Assembly (NCBI GenBank): GCA_964188305.1
Contig: OZ076899.1
Direction: 5' to 3' (one strand)
Source: Podarcis bocagei
Taxonomy: Eukaryota
DNA: 64,000 nucleotides
The position numbers and the translations under genes were made by a program. The notes under the pieces were generated by a model. It did no database searches. It had not been told where the DNA came from and was given only the letters and a program-made list of their open reading frames with translations. Position 1 is the first letter of the stretch; every line of letters starts with the position of its first letter. Below, piece by piece: positions 51,123 to 63,010 of the stretch.

Positions 51123-54100
51123 TATGCTGTACTGTAGCAGCAATATCTGCACGTCTCCAAGTAAAGAGCATGATTAATCTGATATTGCATTTTATTATTC
51201 CAATAAATTTCCGATAAAGTTTATTTTTAATTTTTCTTTGTTTGCCTTCTCTATTTTTAACAAAGTTAGTTTCACCATATGCCACTTCCCAGCCTTTAAC
51301 CAGCAACCAATAGACAGTGGCATGAAATATTCCCATTTTGAGCAAATAACCATTTTGATCACTGTAAATGTATGAATTATCATTTTTAAATCTTCAAAGG
51401 AAACCTATCTGGCCTCTTCTCTGACAGCATTCTGTCCACATGCCAATACAATAAATTCTTATAGTAAAGGGCTTTGACTGACTGCTGGAGATTCTACATT
51501 GCAGACAGTATCATACTTGTAGTTAGAATGGCTCCTTTGCTGCCCTTAGTGCTTATGGCTTGCATAAATTGCTGCTGAATTTCCTCTATGTTTAGCTCAC
51601 TGCTGATGTTATTGTTGTATAATAATCATTCCCCATCCCACATGCATTAGTATGACCGCTGTTGTCACTTAGTTGTCATTTTTAATAGTATACGTTGTCT
51701 CGGGTGCTGTTGAGCAGAAAAGAAATGTATGCACATAAAACATGGACAGGAAGAAACAGCATATGAAATCGCCCTCAAAATATCAGACACCGCAAATCAC
51801 AGTTGATCACCACTGGCTCTTGAGTAGTTAATAGGTTTCTGAGAAATTCTGAGTATCTTTAATTAGTGGAATGAATATTAGCTTTGTCACTATACGTATA
51901 CAGCTCAGGGAATTTCATATGTTAATCCAGTTGATTCATGTAGAGAAAAAATGAGTCTTCTCAGAGAAGAGTTTATTGTCTTTGACAGATTTCAAATGCC
52001 AGTTGTCACAATGATTGCTTGTTGAATGCTTATTGTTTTACCAAAGAATAAATGAGTGTTTTCTTCTTTTAGACACTTGGTTTAATCAATCTAAATATAA
52101 AAGAGCATTGAAGAAAGTCCATTGCTTCTCCATAAATAGCTGGAACTGACTGAAACAGATGCTACCTACCAGACACTGCATTTTCATATTATTTTGATAG
52201 CACAAAGAATTCCCTAAATCCCTAGACAAATGGGAAAGCATGAGATGCTGAATCAGAGCACTGTCAAGCAAACTGGCTAGGAAGCAGCACAGCTGGAGCT
52301 TGGATGACAGAAAGGGAAAGTCCCACCAAAAGTAATTTCATTCTAAAATGTGAGGAAGAGGGCTGTGAAACAGGACTGCATAAAGAAAACTAGTAGCCGA
52401 GACCTAGATTAAGGGAGGATCACAACAGGGGGGGAAATGGGCATGGGGCAAAACAGCAGGCTAGGAACAGAGGAGGGTACGAGCAACAAAATACTTGGCA
52501 AGTGTGACTGGGGCTAGGTAGGAAAATTGCTGACATGAATGGGGGAAGGGGAGAGTGGAAGTGAAGAAAGGAGAGGTTCACTCTCAGATATGATTGAGTA
52601 TAAGGGAGGGAAATAACGAAGAGCAGATGTCAGAGGAATTTTGCTTAAAAATACATTTTTTGAGCTATCACACCTTCAGACTTCCAAACATTTCCAAGAT
52701 CCAAAGCAGCTCTTGGCAATTTCCTGGTGAATATCACTGTTGCAGTGTAATGCACCTTAACTGACTTCCAGTAGTAATAAACTAAAATATATTCCCAATG
52801 TAGGGAAAGTTCAGAGCGTGTTTTACGTTCTATATGCCATCCTGTGCAAGGTCAACATTTGCCACTGTTAGAAACTCAGGTATATAAAAGCTAGGAGCCA
52901 AATGGATCCTTAAGCCAAGGTTACAGTGGCCAAAACAGAATGTCTAGTTGGGCAAGATGGCTCTAAAATCTTATTTTTCAAATTATGGACTGACTGTAAT
53001 CAGTGTTAGGAACTGAGATATGAAAGCTAAGAGCTGAATGGCACCTTAAACCTAGGTTATGCGAACAACAATGGAATGTCTAAGCGTACTTTTTAATAAC
53101 AAGAATACAAAGCTGAAAATGAATGAACTGCAGCTAAAATATTATGTTCATTTTTCACATGGTTTAGTCCTTCCCCTGCCCATCCCCCTAATATTCTTAA
53201 AAGGGTCTCTTCTCCAGTTTTCAGAGTAGCCAGAAGTGGGGAGGCAGAAAAAGGTCCTCCTTTCCTTCCACTCTGCAGTTTAAATCTGAAATACTGCACC
53301 CAGATTTCAGAAACTGCTCGCCCTAATGAAATTATCAGTTGCAAAATGTGCCTAGAACAATGGCAGTTTTGAACACTGATTGTGATTATCAGTTAAACAT
53401 CTGGCTAGTTCAGATGATAACCTTGAGTTAGGTTAAGAACTTTGAGAACTTAAAGAAGGCAAATCACTTTATCCAAGGAAAGTCCACATATATATTGGCC
53501 TATTCCTACCTCTTTTTCTTAATGGTGACATGGACCATTCATAACGTAGGAATATTCTTCACAAATGTGAGCAAGGCAGTGGGGTGGGTAAGTGAAGACA
53601 AGCTACAACAATTAACTATAACGTTGTTCGCTGCTTCTGCTCAGGCTGCACAGAAAGCACATTTTGATTCCTGAAATTCATTCTGATTGTGCAGATAAAA
53701 TATAACTGCTAGAATTCTACAGGATCTGGTATTAGTGTATTAAAACAGTCAATGCACCACCAGATGGAGATGCCAGGTGCCATCATGGCACCCAAGCATC
53801 TTCCCTTGGTTGCAAGTGGCTGATAGTCAGATGCAAAATGTGCCTGTCTAATTTCGAACACTGCTGATGTCCTCCCCCAGCCCTTGTGGTGCCGGTTTAA
53901 GCCAGGTAAAAAAGGAGCCGGGCTTTGGGAAGGAGGCATGAAGCTCTGGCAAGGTCCTAGACCTAGAACCACCACCACCCCATCTCCTTCCCAAAATCTG
54001 GAAGCAGAGCAAGCAAGATTTGCTACTTACTAGATTTGTGTCCTGGTTTTTTTTTTACTAGAGTTCTCAAATCAGATTGCAGCATTCATAACATGCAATA

Positions 54101-55108
54101 TATTCATTTAAAACATTTATACAGTACTTTAAAAACTCTCTGTGGCAGCTCTCAAAAATGTGGAACTCCCTCCCCATTTAGGTGTGTTAAATATCTTTAT
54201 TATATGGTTTTCAAATGCACCTCTGTACCTGGGCCTTTGACAAGTAAGACTTGTGTGATTGTTATGAGGCCACCTCTGTTGTCTGATGCAAATTCTTTGG
54301 TTTGTTTTATTGACTTTTAATACTGTATGGTTATATTATTGTAAGCTGCCTGATGGTGAAGGGTGGGTAAGCAATCTCTTAAACAAACAAAACCTTTCAT
54401 TCCTCTTTACAAAGAGGAGGGAAGCAGTAGAAGGAGCAACTCTGAACTGATCCAGGAATAAGCGTGTGGTGGCATTATTACCCACTTCTCGCACTCTCCT
54501 CTTAATATTAAGTTTTCCCTTTGTTGAAACACTAACAATGGGGACTGCAAACCCATTTGCAGTAATATCAGTGCTTCACTTCTGACCTTTAAGAATTATG
54601 TTTATTTAATTACCTGAGGTATTAGGAGAAAAAACCCCAGAAGTTATTTCTAACAAATTTAAGTTCAGAAGTCTCATTTTTCAAGACACGTACCACAAAC
54701 TCGGCCAATGCCAACGCTATGTTTTGGAATGCCATGATTCTCAGTGACAAATACACATGATGAATACATATGACGAATATACATGGAAGACATTATAATA
54801 CAACATAGTCCATAAGGGTTTTCCAGAAAAGATTTGTGAGTAGGATAAAGCATGACTGCCAGATCCTGTTCATAGTTCTTTGGTGTAAAAAATCCATATG
54901 GATTTAAAATTCCAAGGTAATGTTTTCCACATGTCTTCACAGAAAAGTTACAAAAGCAGAAGAGCCTTGCATATCGCTATCAGTTGGGGGTGAATGGCTC
55001 CAGGCTCCAGGACAGAATGGTAATCATAAGACATAAATACTTTATAACACACTATGAATGATGGGGTGGGAAGCTGTATTATAAGCTGCAGCAAGACTTT
55101 CATCTTAC

Positions 55109-55951
55109 CTCGAGTACTGGTCCAGCTCCAAGAATTATTTGTTCTACTCCACTAGCAAATCCTTTTTGGCTAAGAGCAGTGAGGTGATGAATCAAGAAAT
55201 TTGTGCTCTGTGTTTTCCCAGACCCACTTTCTCCAGAAATGACTATACACTGGTTCTTCCGACGCTGAAGCATAGCATGGTATGCTACATCAGCTACTGC
55301 ATAAATGTGGGGCTCCAGCTTTCCAAGCTGATGGTTATCATACATTTTGACATACTTAGGGTTGTAAATAGGGAGAAATTTGAATGGATTTATTACTATT
55401 AGTATGCTCCCAACGTATGTGTAAATTTTCTCCTGTTTAAAACGATTTCTAAGGTTTTCTAGGAGAGTTCTCTCATTCAAGTCTGGCAAAGCACATAAAT
55501 CATCGTAGTCTTTGTACTGCGGTTGAGGAAGGAAGCCACGTTCCATCATCCTGCGCCGCTCTTCTGTCACCTGCAACCAGGACTGGAGACTGGCATAATG
55601 TATTGACCCATCTAGGTTCTTTTCCCTTAGAAGAAAGCGATAGTCCTCTCCACTCAAACGGTTCTCTAGGGCCATTCGGGGCCACAACATCATGCGCTGG
55701 ACAGGGCAGTCTGTGGGGTTGAGGATCCATTCTTCCCCACCAAACTCCTTCACCTCTGCCAAAACGTAGCATTTTGTTTTGTCCAGTTGAAGTTTGTTAA
55801 TGAGAGAGTCTATCACCTCAGCAGCTGTGGAAGTTTTTCGTGCAATAACAGGACAATAGATGGTCCCTTCAGCAATGTTCCCAGGGTATATGTGTAGTGT
55901 GTGTTCGCTGTCCTCAAAGCGTCTTCTTCCTCCAACATCATTTCCACTCAT
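55109..55951 (-). CDS. MYO9A: MYO9A exon 2 coding part (843 nt, aa 1-281): RA domain and motor start with P-loop
   Basis: [17 protein letters not shown]...[11 protein letters not shown]...GAGPVLE; donor GAG|GTAAGA at 55108. Confidence 0.97.
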
Positions 55952-56021
55952 ATTGGACTTCTTCCCATCAGTAACAGTAATCCATCTTCAGAATGGTTGA
56001 ATAATGGTCATGGCATCAGCA
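55952..56021 (-). promoter_or_regulatory. MYO9A: 5'UTR part of exon 2 (70 nt) containing four uORF start codons
   Basis: Acceptor TTTTGTTTTCATTTTGTAG|TGCTG at 56022; four ATGs precede the main ATG. Confidence 0.8.
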
Positions 56022-56189
56022 CTACAAAATGAAAACAAAAAATAGTTTATTGATAGGATATTTTCAATCAGCAAGTTTGTTTGTTTGTTTGTTTTTGAAA
56101 ACTTGAGGTCACTTGGGCTTCTAGTGACAAAGATGAATCTAGGCACACTCCCAGACCATGTACCTGCTTCTTCATGGGGAGCATGACTC

Positions 56190-56450
56190 CATCCAAAGTC
56201 CAATTATCAGAACTTGGGAACCACCCACCATGTCTCTGTCTTGCCTGGATTCAGCGTAAACTGGCCCTCATTCAGCCCACCACCAAGTCCAAGAACAAGT
56301 CCAGGATTTGCACAGCTTTTCCTGATTTAGGTGTTACAGAGAAGCAGAGCTGGGCATCATCAGCATACTGATGACACCTCACCCCAAATCTCCAAATGAC
56401 CCCTCCCAATGTCTTCAGATAAATTTTAAACAAACTGGGACCAAGATGGT
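56190..56450 (-). mobile_element. L2-clade LINE RT fragment
   Basis: Minus frame LGPSLFKIYLK...CHQYADDAQLCFS (YADD motif). Confidence 0.75.
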
Positions 56451-58944
56451 AATCTGCTTCATCCAAGAGTACTTGTTTGTTGTCAATCAACGTTCTGCAC
56501 TGCGCAAAGTCTAAGATTTCAGGCAAATGCCCAGTTCAGTTTTAAATGGGCCAAACCATTTTTAAAGAACATCACACAAATACAGACTATTCAAATGCTG
56601 TACTGGTGACAAAAGTAAACCAGCTGTATTCTGATTATTTCTGCATCCATTCCCTTAAAGAAGTTTTATTTCCTTACATCTCACTGTAGACTACTTATTT
56701 ATGTTTATGTGATTCATCCTCATGCACATAGCTGAAGCTTCAGAAACAAATTACTGTCTTGTTTGCTAAATATACACATCTCCACAAAAACAGCACGCCA
56801 AAGAATAAACTTAGCAAGAAGGTCTTACCCTCTGCAGGTATTCAGGATACATGCAGGAGATCGGGAACACTGCTATTATACTTCACATGTAATAACAAAT
56901 GGAAACATTTCCTGAAAGCCAATTCCCATGAAGCTATTATATAGATACCCACGCTTGCCAGCTGACTGCCAGGAAGCTTTACATTTAACCTTCACAATGC
57001 ATCTGAGGGGAAAGACTGCATAAATTATAATGGCACTCTCTAATGTCCCCAATATGAAATGATTAAGATGTAAATTAACATTTTTAAAAAGAACATTTGA
57101 GCTGTCACAAGCTAAAGAAATTATCTCCTGCAGATTTCCCTTTATGAAGCAGGCCAGTCACTAGCTCTTAGCACATAATGGGAGGCAAACATTTTCAGAG
57201 TATGGTAGTAGTCCAATAGAAGGGTTGCAGTTTATTCATTATTTCCATTCACAGGACAACAAGTGCTTGAGAATGCTACAGGAAATCCTGCTAGGCAAAT
57301 TATAACAAGGTGCAAGAAAAAGTATACTTTTAGTATACCTGTTCTGGAATGCGGAGCTCATCTACAAATAGTAGCAGGATTAGCTTTGTGATACATTGCA
57401 GAGGTTCAGTACAGATATGATCAGAAATAGTCTTTTGCTTTGCCACTTTTTCAAGCTGGTACATCACATTTGAAGAACTACTGTACTGGTGTTGTCTGTG
57501 ATCTTTGATCATAGCTCCTGAAGAAGGAGCATTCCACACCAAAACATGTAGAGCTACAATAAAAAAATATTGTATCTGTGAGCACTGGAGTTTGTATTCT
57601 TCCTTCTATTACATAAAATAGTACAAGACCTCTCTTTCAAGGCAGTTTGTATAGCATCAGAAGAGTTTGGGTTCTTGATTTTCACTGATGCAAGAAACAG
57701 TTATATATGTGGATTGACTGCCAGCTACACAAAGGCTTCCGCCGGTGGGTTCCACTGCTATGCTCTGACGGCAGCCTAAATATAGCAAGGGATTGCTGCT
57801 TTGTGTGGCTATGCCTCCAAAGCAACTTATTGACCCTTGCTGACCTCCAGGACAGCCTATAATACCCTTCCTGAGCAAAAGGTTACTTGGTTCACTTATG
57901 CTGCTTCCTCTTGGCCTAAGCCATGTTCCTATTTTTCATCTTTGCTGCTACTTGCCTCCCTGCACATTGCCCAATTCATCCTCTTTGTCAGCATCCTTAT
58001 CTTTGTTTCTCCTACATTCACCTGAAGATTGATTATCTGATTATTTCTTCTAGTTCTATTCAGATAGTGCTTACCGCCATACTCCAAAAGAACCTCAGCT
58101 ATTAGCTATACCTTCCTTAAGCAGCTTCTCAACTGTCTCCAGTCCACTCCCACCAATCCTGCCCTCAATCTTCCTGCAACTATAATTCAGAAGCAATAGG
58201 CAAATAATACCTAAAACTTAGGTCAACACGTTCTCTATTTGTTGCAAGGGCAACCAACACATGCCTTCCATAAGTAACCAACATGGTGCTCTCCATATGC
58301 TGTGAACTACTTCCCTTATTTCCGACAACTGGCTACCCTGGCTGGGAACAACAGAAAATGCAATCCACAACATTTGAAGGGCACTGCAATGGCTGTCCTG
58401 TATCAGCCACTGGAAGCAGCAAAGCTAATCTACTTCTCCCTCCCACCCCCCACCCCCCGCAATTTGGCAACCAGAACAGGGATGAAGGCAGAGTCATGGC
58501 TATGGAAACAAAATTTAACCAGCAGCCCAGCTGAGGAAGTGGGAACTTTGGTCATTCAAACTTAAATCCCTTCTCAGTGTGGTCCTTCAGCAAAACAAGA
58601 CACTAATGAGGGCATACTAACAACTACATGCAGTGCCTTTAGAGCATTAAAAAATGGGGATTATTTCAATCCAGGTGGTTTTGATGCAGTGGTATGGAAA
58701 ATATTACACACGTAAAGAATGAGCAGCAATGACATGGCATATTTTAATCAATCCTTTAAAACGAAAAAAGTTTGACCCATCTCACTTGTTAACACATCAC
58801 AAACTCCTGAGGACAGGAAGCTTTAGCAAGGCCGTTATGGTGCCAGCCTGTCTGCAGTACTTCCCATATCACCACATGATGTTATTACACTGGCAAAACT
58901 TAGTCATCAAGTGGACATAAAAGCTATATGCAGATCTGCTATCT

Positions 58945-59282
58945 AGGTAAGGTAAAAGTAAGGACCCCGGACGGTTAAGTCCAGTCAAAGGCGACTATGG
59001 GGTGCAGCGCTCATCTCACTTTTTAGGCTGAGGAACCCGGCATTTGTCCACAGACAGCTTTCCGGGTCTGGCGCACAGAGGAATGTGAGGAGTGCCAGAG
59101 CACATGGAAACACCATTTACCTTCCCAAGTATTTATCTACTTACACTGGTATACTTTTGAACTGTTACATTGGCAGAAGCTGGGACACAGCAACGGGAGC
59201 TCACTCCATCATGCAGATTCAAACTGCTGACCTTCTGATCGGCAAGCTCAAGAGGCTCAGTGGTTTAGACTACAGTGCCACC
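58945..59282 (-). mobile_element. Sauria SINE (second subfamily)
   Basis: (ACCTT)n tail and Sauria SINE body; flanking repeat tgcagatctgct at 58929 and 59283. Confidence 0.85.
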
Positions 59283-60413
59283 TGCAGATCTGCTGCCTAC
59301 TGGTTCCAAGCCCCAATCATGATAATGATAACGATAATAATATATATATATATTTTTATACCCCGCCCTCCCCAGCCAAGGCTGGGCTCAGGGCGGCTAA
59401 TGTAGGAACATGATGTAGGAACACATAAAGCAGGATCTCAACTAAACCACTGATGGGATCATGGTTTCTCACAACAGTCTAGGCAGGAACCATAGTTAGG
59501 CTAGAGGGGACAGTTTGTTTTCAGACAAACACCTTGTCCATTTCTTAAAAGGTTTTCCTCTAAGGATAGTCTTGCTCATCTCTGACTACATACCCTATTA
59601 TATCCCTGCTGTGACTTTCACTTCTATAAATTTCCCACTATCAGACAACTGAAGATAGCTCTGCTCCCTATGTTCTCTCTTGCTGCGCTCTCCACCTGGA
59701 ACTCCTCCCAGAAACCCTTCAAGATTCCACATATCACCCCCCTCAAAATCCACCTTTGTCATGAAAATAAAATAAAAACCTAAATTTGCTTTGTTGTAGT
59801 CCCCAATATTTAACAGCATAATCTGCTTGGGCAGAATGCTGCTTGTGTTATCATACCTTCTTACTATAATATTAGCCGAGAAGTCACTCTTAAGAAAAAG
59901 TGTCATGATACACACTTTCTCCAAACTAATAGGAGTAGTAGTACCCAGTCAGCCATTCAGCCCAACAGAAGTACCCCTTCAAGGATATAGGTACTTGTAA
60001 TGACACACATCTGTGTACAGTATATGCATGGTGTTGTACTTAATAGAGCATGGCTCAAATTTGAGGATGAGGCTAAAATATCTCACTTTTAATAGAATCA
60101 ATAAACTCTTTAATGCAATGGACCATAGCAAGCTTCTGAACTGGACCAAACATCTCGGTAGCACTTTGGGGGAAGCGGCGCGGGGGAAAATTTAGGATAC
60201 TGTTCACTGTTCCCACTGTCTCTGCATCTTCCTTTCTTGCTGAGTATTACTGCTGCTCCTTTAAGTTAATATTAGCTATAGTTTGTCCAGATTCAGGGGT
60301 GTGGGTGCTTAATCTAAGATGGTACACAAGCCTGAAGTTCATTCTCTTAATGCCAAACAAGACTAATCTTTGTTGCATCTGTTTCCCAAATATCAAATGA
60401 CAACCCTATAAAT

Positions 60414-60549
60414 CAGTGATGGCCAAACCTGGCCCTCCAGCTGTTTTGGGACTACAACTCCCATCATCCCTGGCTAACAGGACCAGTGGTCAGGGATGGT
60501 GGGAATTGTAGTCCCAAAACAGCTGGAAAGACAAGTTTGGCCATCACTG
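60414..60549. mobile_element. hAT-type palindromic MITE
   Basis: TIR CAGTGATGGCCAAAC...GTTTGGCCATCACTG; 8-bp TSD ctataaat/ctacaaat. Confidence 0.88.
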
Positions 60550-61354
60550 CTACAAATGAAGCTGCTGATAGTTTATTTTATATATTCCCATATATGAATA
60601 ACTTTTATCAGTAAATCTAAACAAAAATGAAAGGTTTCCAGCTACAGTTTCCCTGAAAACACTTTGTAGCTTTCATTAGCAATATCAGGTCCAAATAATG
60701 ATTGAGCCACAGTGACCCATCTTGCCACAAAATGTGTAAAGTCAGTTATGGAATAATCCAGGAACACCAGCTTTAAAATTCACACAGATCTCAACATCTG
60801 CATTTTAGCAAAGGAAAGAAGCTAACTACAAGAAAAGCATGCATTTTTGTCCAACTCCTGTGCTTTCAATGCAAACTGGAAAATGTAGACGAGCCAATTG
60901 CCTCAAGACATCTTATTAGGCCAATAAATGCTACCCAATGCATTATACTCCATTTAAGAACAATAATCCTGCCAAGTAAGCACAGTAGCTCAAACATAAA
61001 GATGACAATGCAGTGCCTTCCTCTCCAAAGCTGTTTGGTATATTTTTAAAAACCACCAAAACCTTAAAATTAAGCAAGGGCAAAAATGGAAAGCAACAAT
61101 ACAGAGAGGACATTGTTCATGGATAAACCATAAGGTCCTAATTTCAATTCCTGGCATCTTCAGCTAAAGAAGGGATGGTCAAGACTTTCAGGATGCTTCT
61201 CTACATCTGTACTACATATGGATCCTTGGTATTTTTTTGGTTTACATTATAAAAAGCAAAACAAAAAAACTCACTACCCTTATTTTTTTTAAAAAAGGGG
61301 GGCATAGGGAAGGCTTCAAAAGATCTGAGGGAGCTCCACTTTGAAACGCCTGTA

Positions 61355-61678
61355 CAGTGGTGCCCCGCAAGACGAATGCCTCGCAAGACGGAAAACTCGC
61401 TAGACAAAAGAGTTTTCCGTTTTGGAGGTGCTTCGCAAAATGAATTTCCTATGGGCTTGCTTCGCAAGACGAAAATGTCTTGCGAGTTCCTGCGGGTTTT
61501 TTTCCCTTCCCCCCTTTTTCTAAGCCGCTAAGCCGCTTATCAGCTGATCCGATAAGCCGATAAGCCGCTAATAGCGCTAATCCGCTAATCCGTCAATGGG
61601 CTTGCTTCGCAAGACGAAAAAACCGCTAGACGAAGAGAATCACAGAACAGATTATTTTCGTCTTGCGAGGCACCACTG
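61355..61678. mobile_element. Tigger/pogo-like MITE, family B, copy 3
   Basis: TA-CAGTGGTGCC...GGCACCACTG-TA; very similar to 41682-42009. Confidence 0.9.
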
Positions 61679-61855
61679 TATATCACACATACCAAAAACA
61701 CAGTAAAGACATTTTGACAAAGCAGAACAAAATGAAGTATCAAAATAATTATAAACGGTACTGTGCGAAAGTTCCAAACAGAAGTGCTTTTAAGCCCAAA
61801 CCTTGGGACCACAGTCAACTAACCCGAAAGCTAACATCTAGAGGGAACCATAATA

Positions 61856-62096
61856 CAGTGGTACCTCGGTTTATGAACTTAATCTGTTATGGAAGTCCCT
61901 TCTTAAACCGAAAGCGTTCTTAAACCGAGGAGTGCTTTCCCTAATGAGGCCTCCCGCCACCAGTGCCCTTCCACCGTTCAGATTCCCTTCTTAGACCAAG
62001 GTAAAGTTCTCAAACTGGGACACTATTTTTGGTTTTGCAGAGTTTGTAAACCGAATGGTTCTTAAACCAGACTGTTCTTAAACCGAGGTAACACTG
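61856..62096. mobile_element. Tigger/pogo-like MITE, family C
   Basis: TA-CAGTGGTACCTCGGTTTA...TAAACCGAGGTAACACTG-TA; repeated TTCTTAAACC. Confidence 0.88.
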
Positions 62097-62653
62097 TACC
62101 TCTAAACCAAGAAATATATGTTCCCCACCCTTCATTTACCTCAGTTTTAAAGAGCTGTTGCCTTCATTTCTTTCACTCCAAAATGGAAGAGGACAGCAGT
62201 GTTAAATATTCACAGATATCAACTGAAACTAAGCCACATGATCTACATAGTGAGAAGTCTGCATTTATTACACTTCCTGAAAATCTTCAAGTTGTACATT
62301 AAAAGTGAAAGTACTTCCCAAAATAATCCGTCAGGCTCCAGTTCATTCAGGGCAGCACACAAATAACAAAAAGAAAATGAAACAGAGCCAAAACATCTCA
62401 CCACAATTTGCAACTGAGTATCTAAGTAGCTGGAAGCTAACAGGGTTCTATTTCATAGCTTCCTGGTACTGTCCTATCAAACAGAATTACAAAAGCTTTT
62501 AACATTCTGGAAAACAAAATGAATGTTTGGAAATAAATTAAAATAATTGTTTCAAAAGATAGTCTTTTTTCTATTCTCACTCAGCAAGTCTCTGAAAACA
62601 GTTGTAGATAGCCAGGCAACATAATTTCAGCATCAATATTTTCATGGTTATAG

Positions 62654-63010
62654 AAGGGAAAGGGAAAGGGACCCCTGATCATTAGGTCCAGTCGCGGATG
62701 ACTCTGGGGGTTGTGGAGCTCATCTCGCTTTATTGGCCAAGGGAGCCGGTGTACAGCTTCCAGGTCATGTGGCCAGCATGACTAAGCCGCTTCTGGCAAA
62801 CCAGAGCAGCGCACGGAAATGCCGTTTACCTTACCACCGGAGCGGCACCTATTTATCTACTTGCACTTTGACGTGCTTTCAAACTGCTAGGTGGGTAGGA
62901 GCTGGGACCGAGCAACGGGAGCTCACCCCACTGTGGGAATTTCAACCGGCGACCTTCTGATCGGCAAGCCCTAGGCTCTGTGGTTTAACCCACAGCGCCA
63001 CCCACATCCC
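62654..63010 (-). mobile_element. Sauria SINE, full length
   Basis: Highly similar to 32442-32797; tail reads (CCCTTT)n. Confidence 0.9.

Larger units (their letters stand above)
1410..56021 (-). other. MYO9A: MYO9A gene, partial span (exons 2-21); RA domain plus myosin motor domain; continues beyond both window ends
   Basis: 20 GT-AG exons splice into an uninterrupted 956-aa frame containing P-loop GESGSGKT, switch [11 protein letters not shown], switch II LDIFGFE and the class IX loop-2 insert. The N-terminus ([18 protein letters not shown]) is MYO9A-type rather than MYO9B-type. Confidence 0.97.

Noticed and set aside
1410-55108. U12-type or GC-AG introns
   Set aside because: All mapped introns are GT-AG and none has the GTATCCTT U12 donor.
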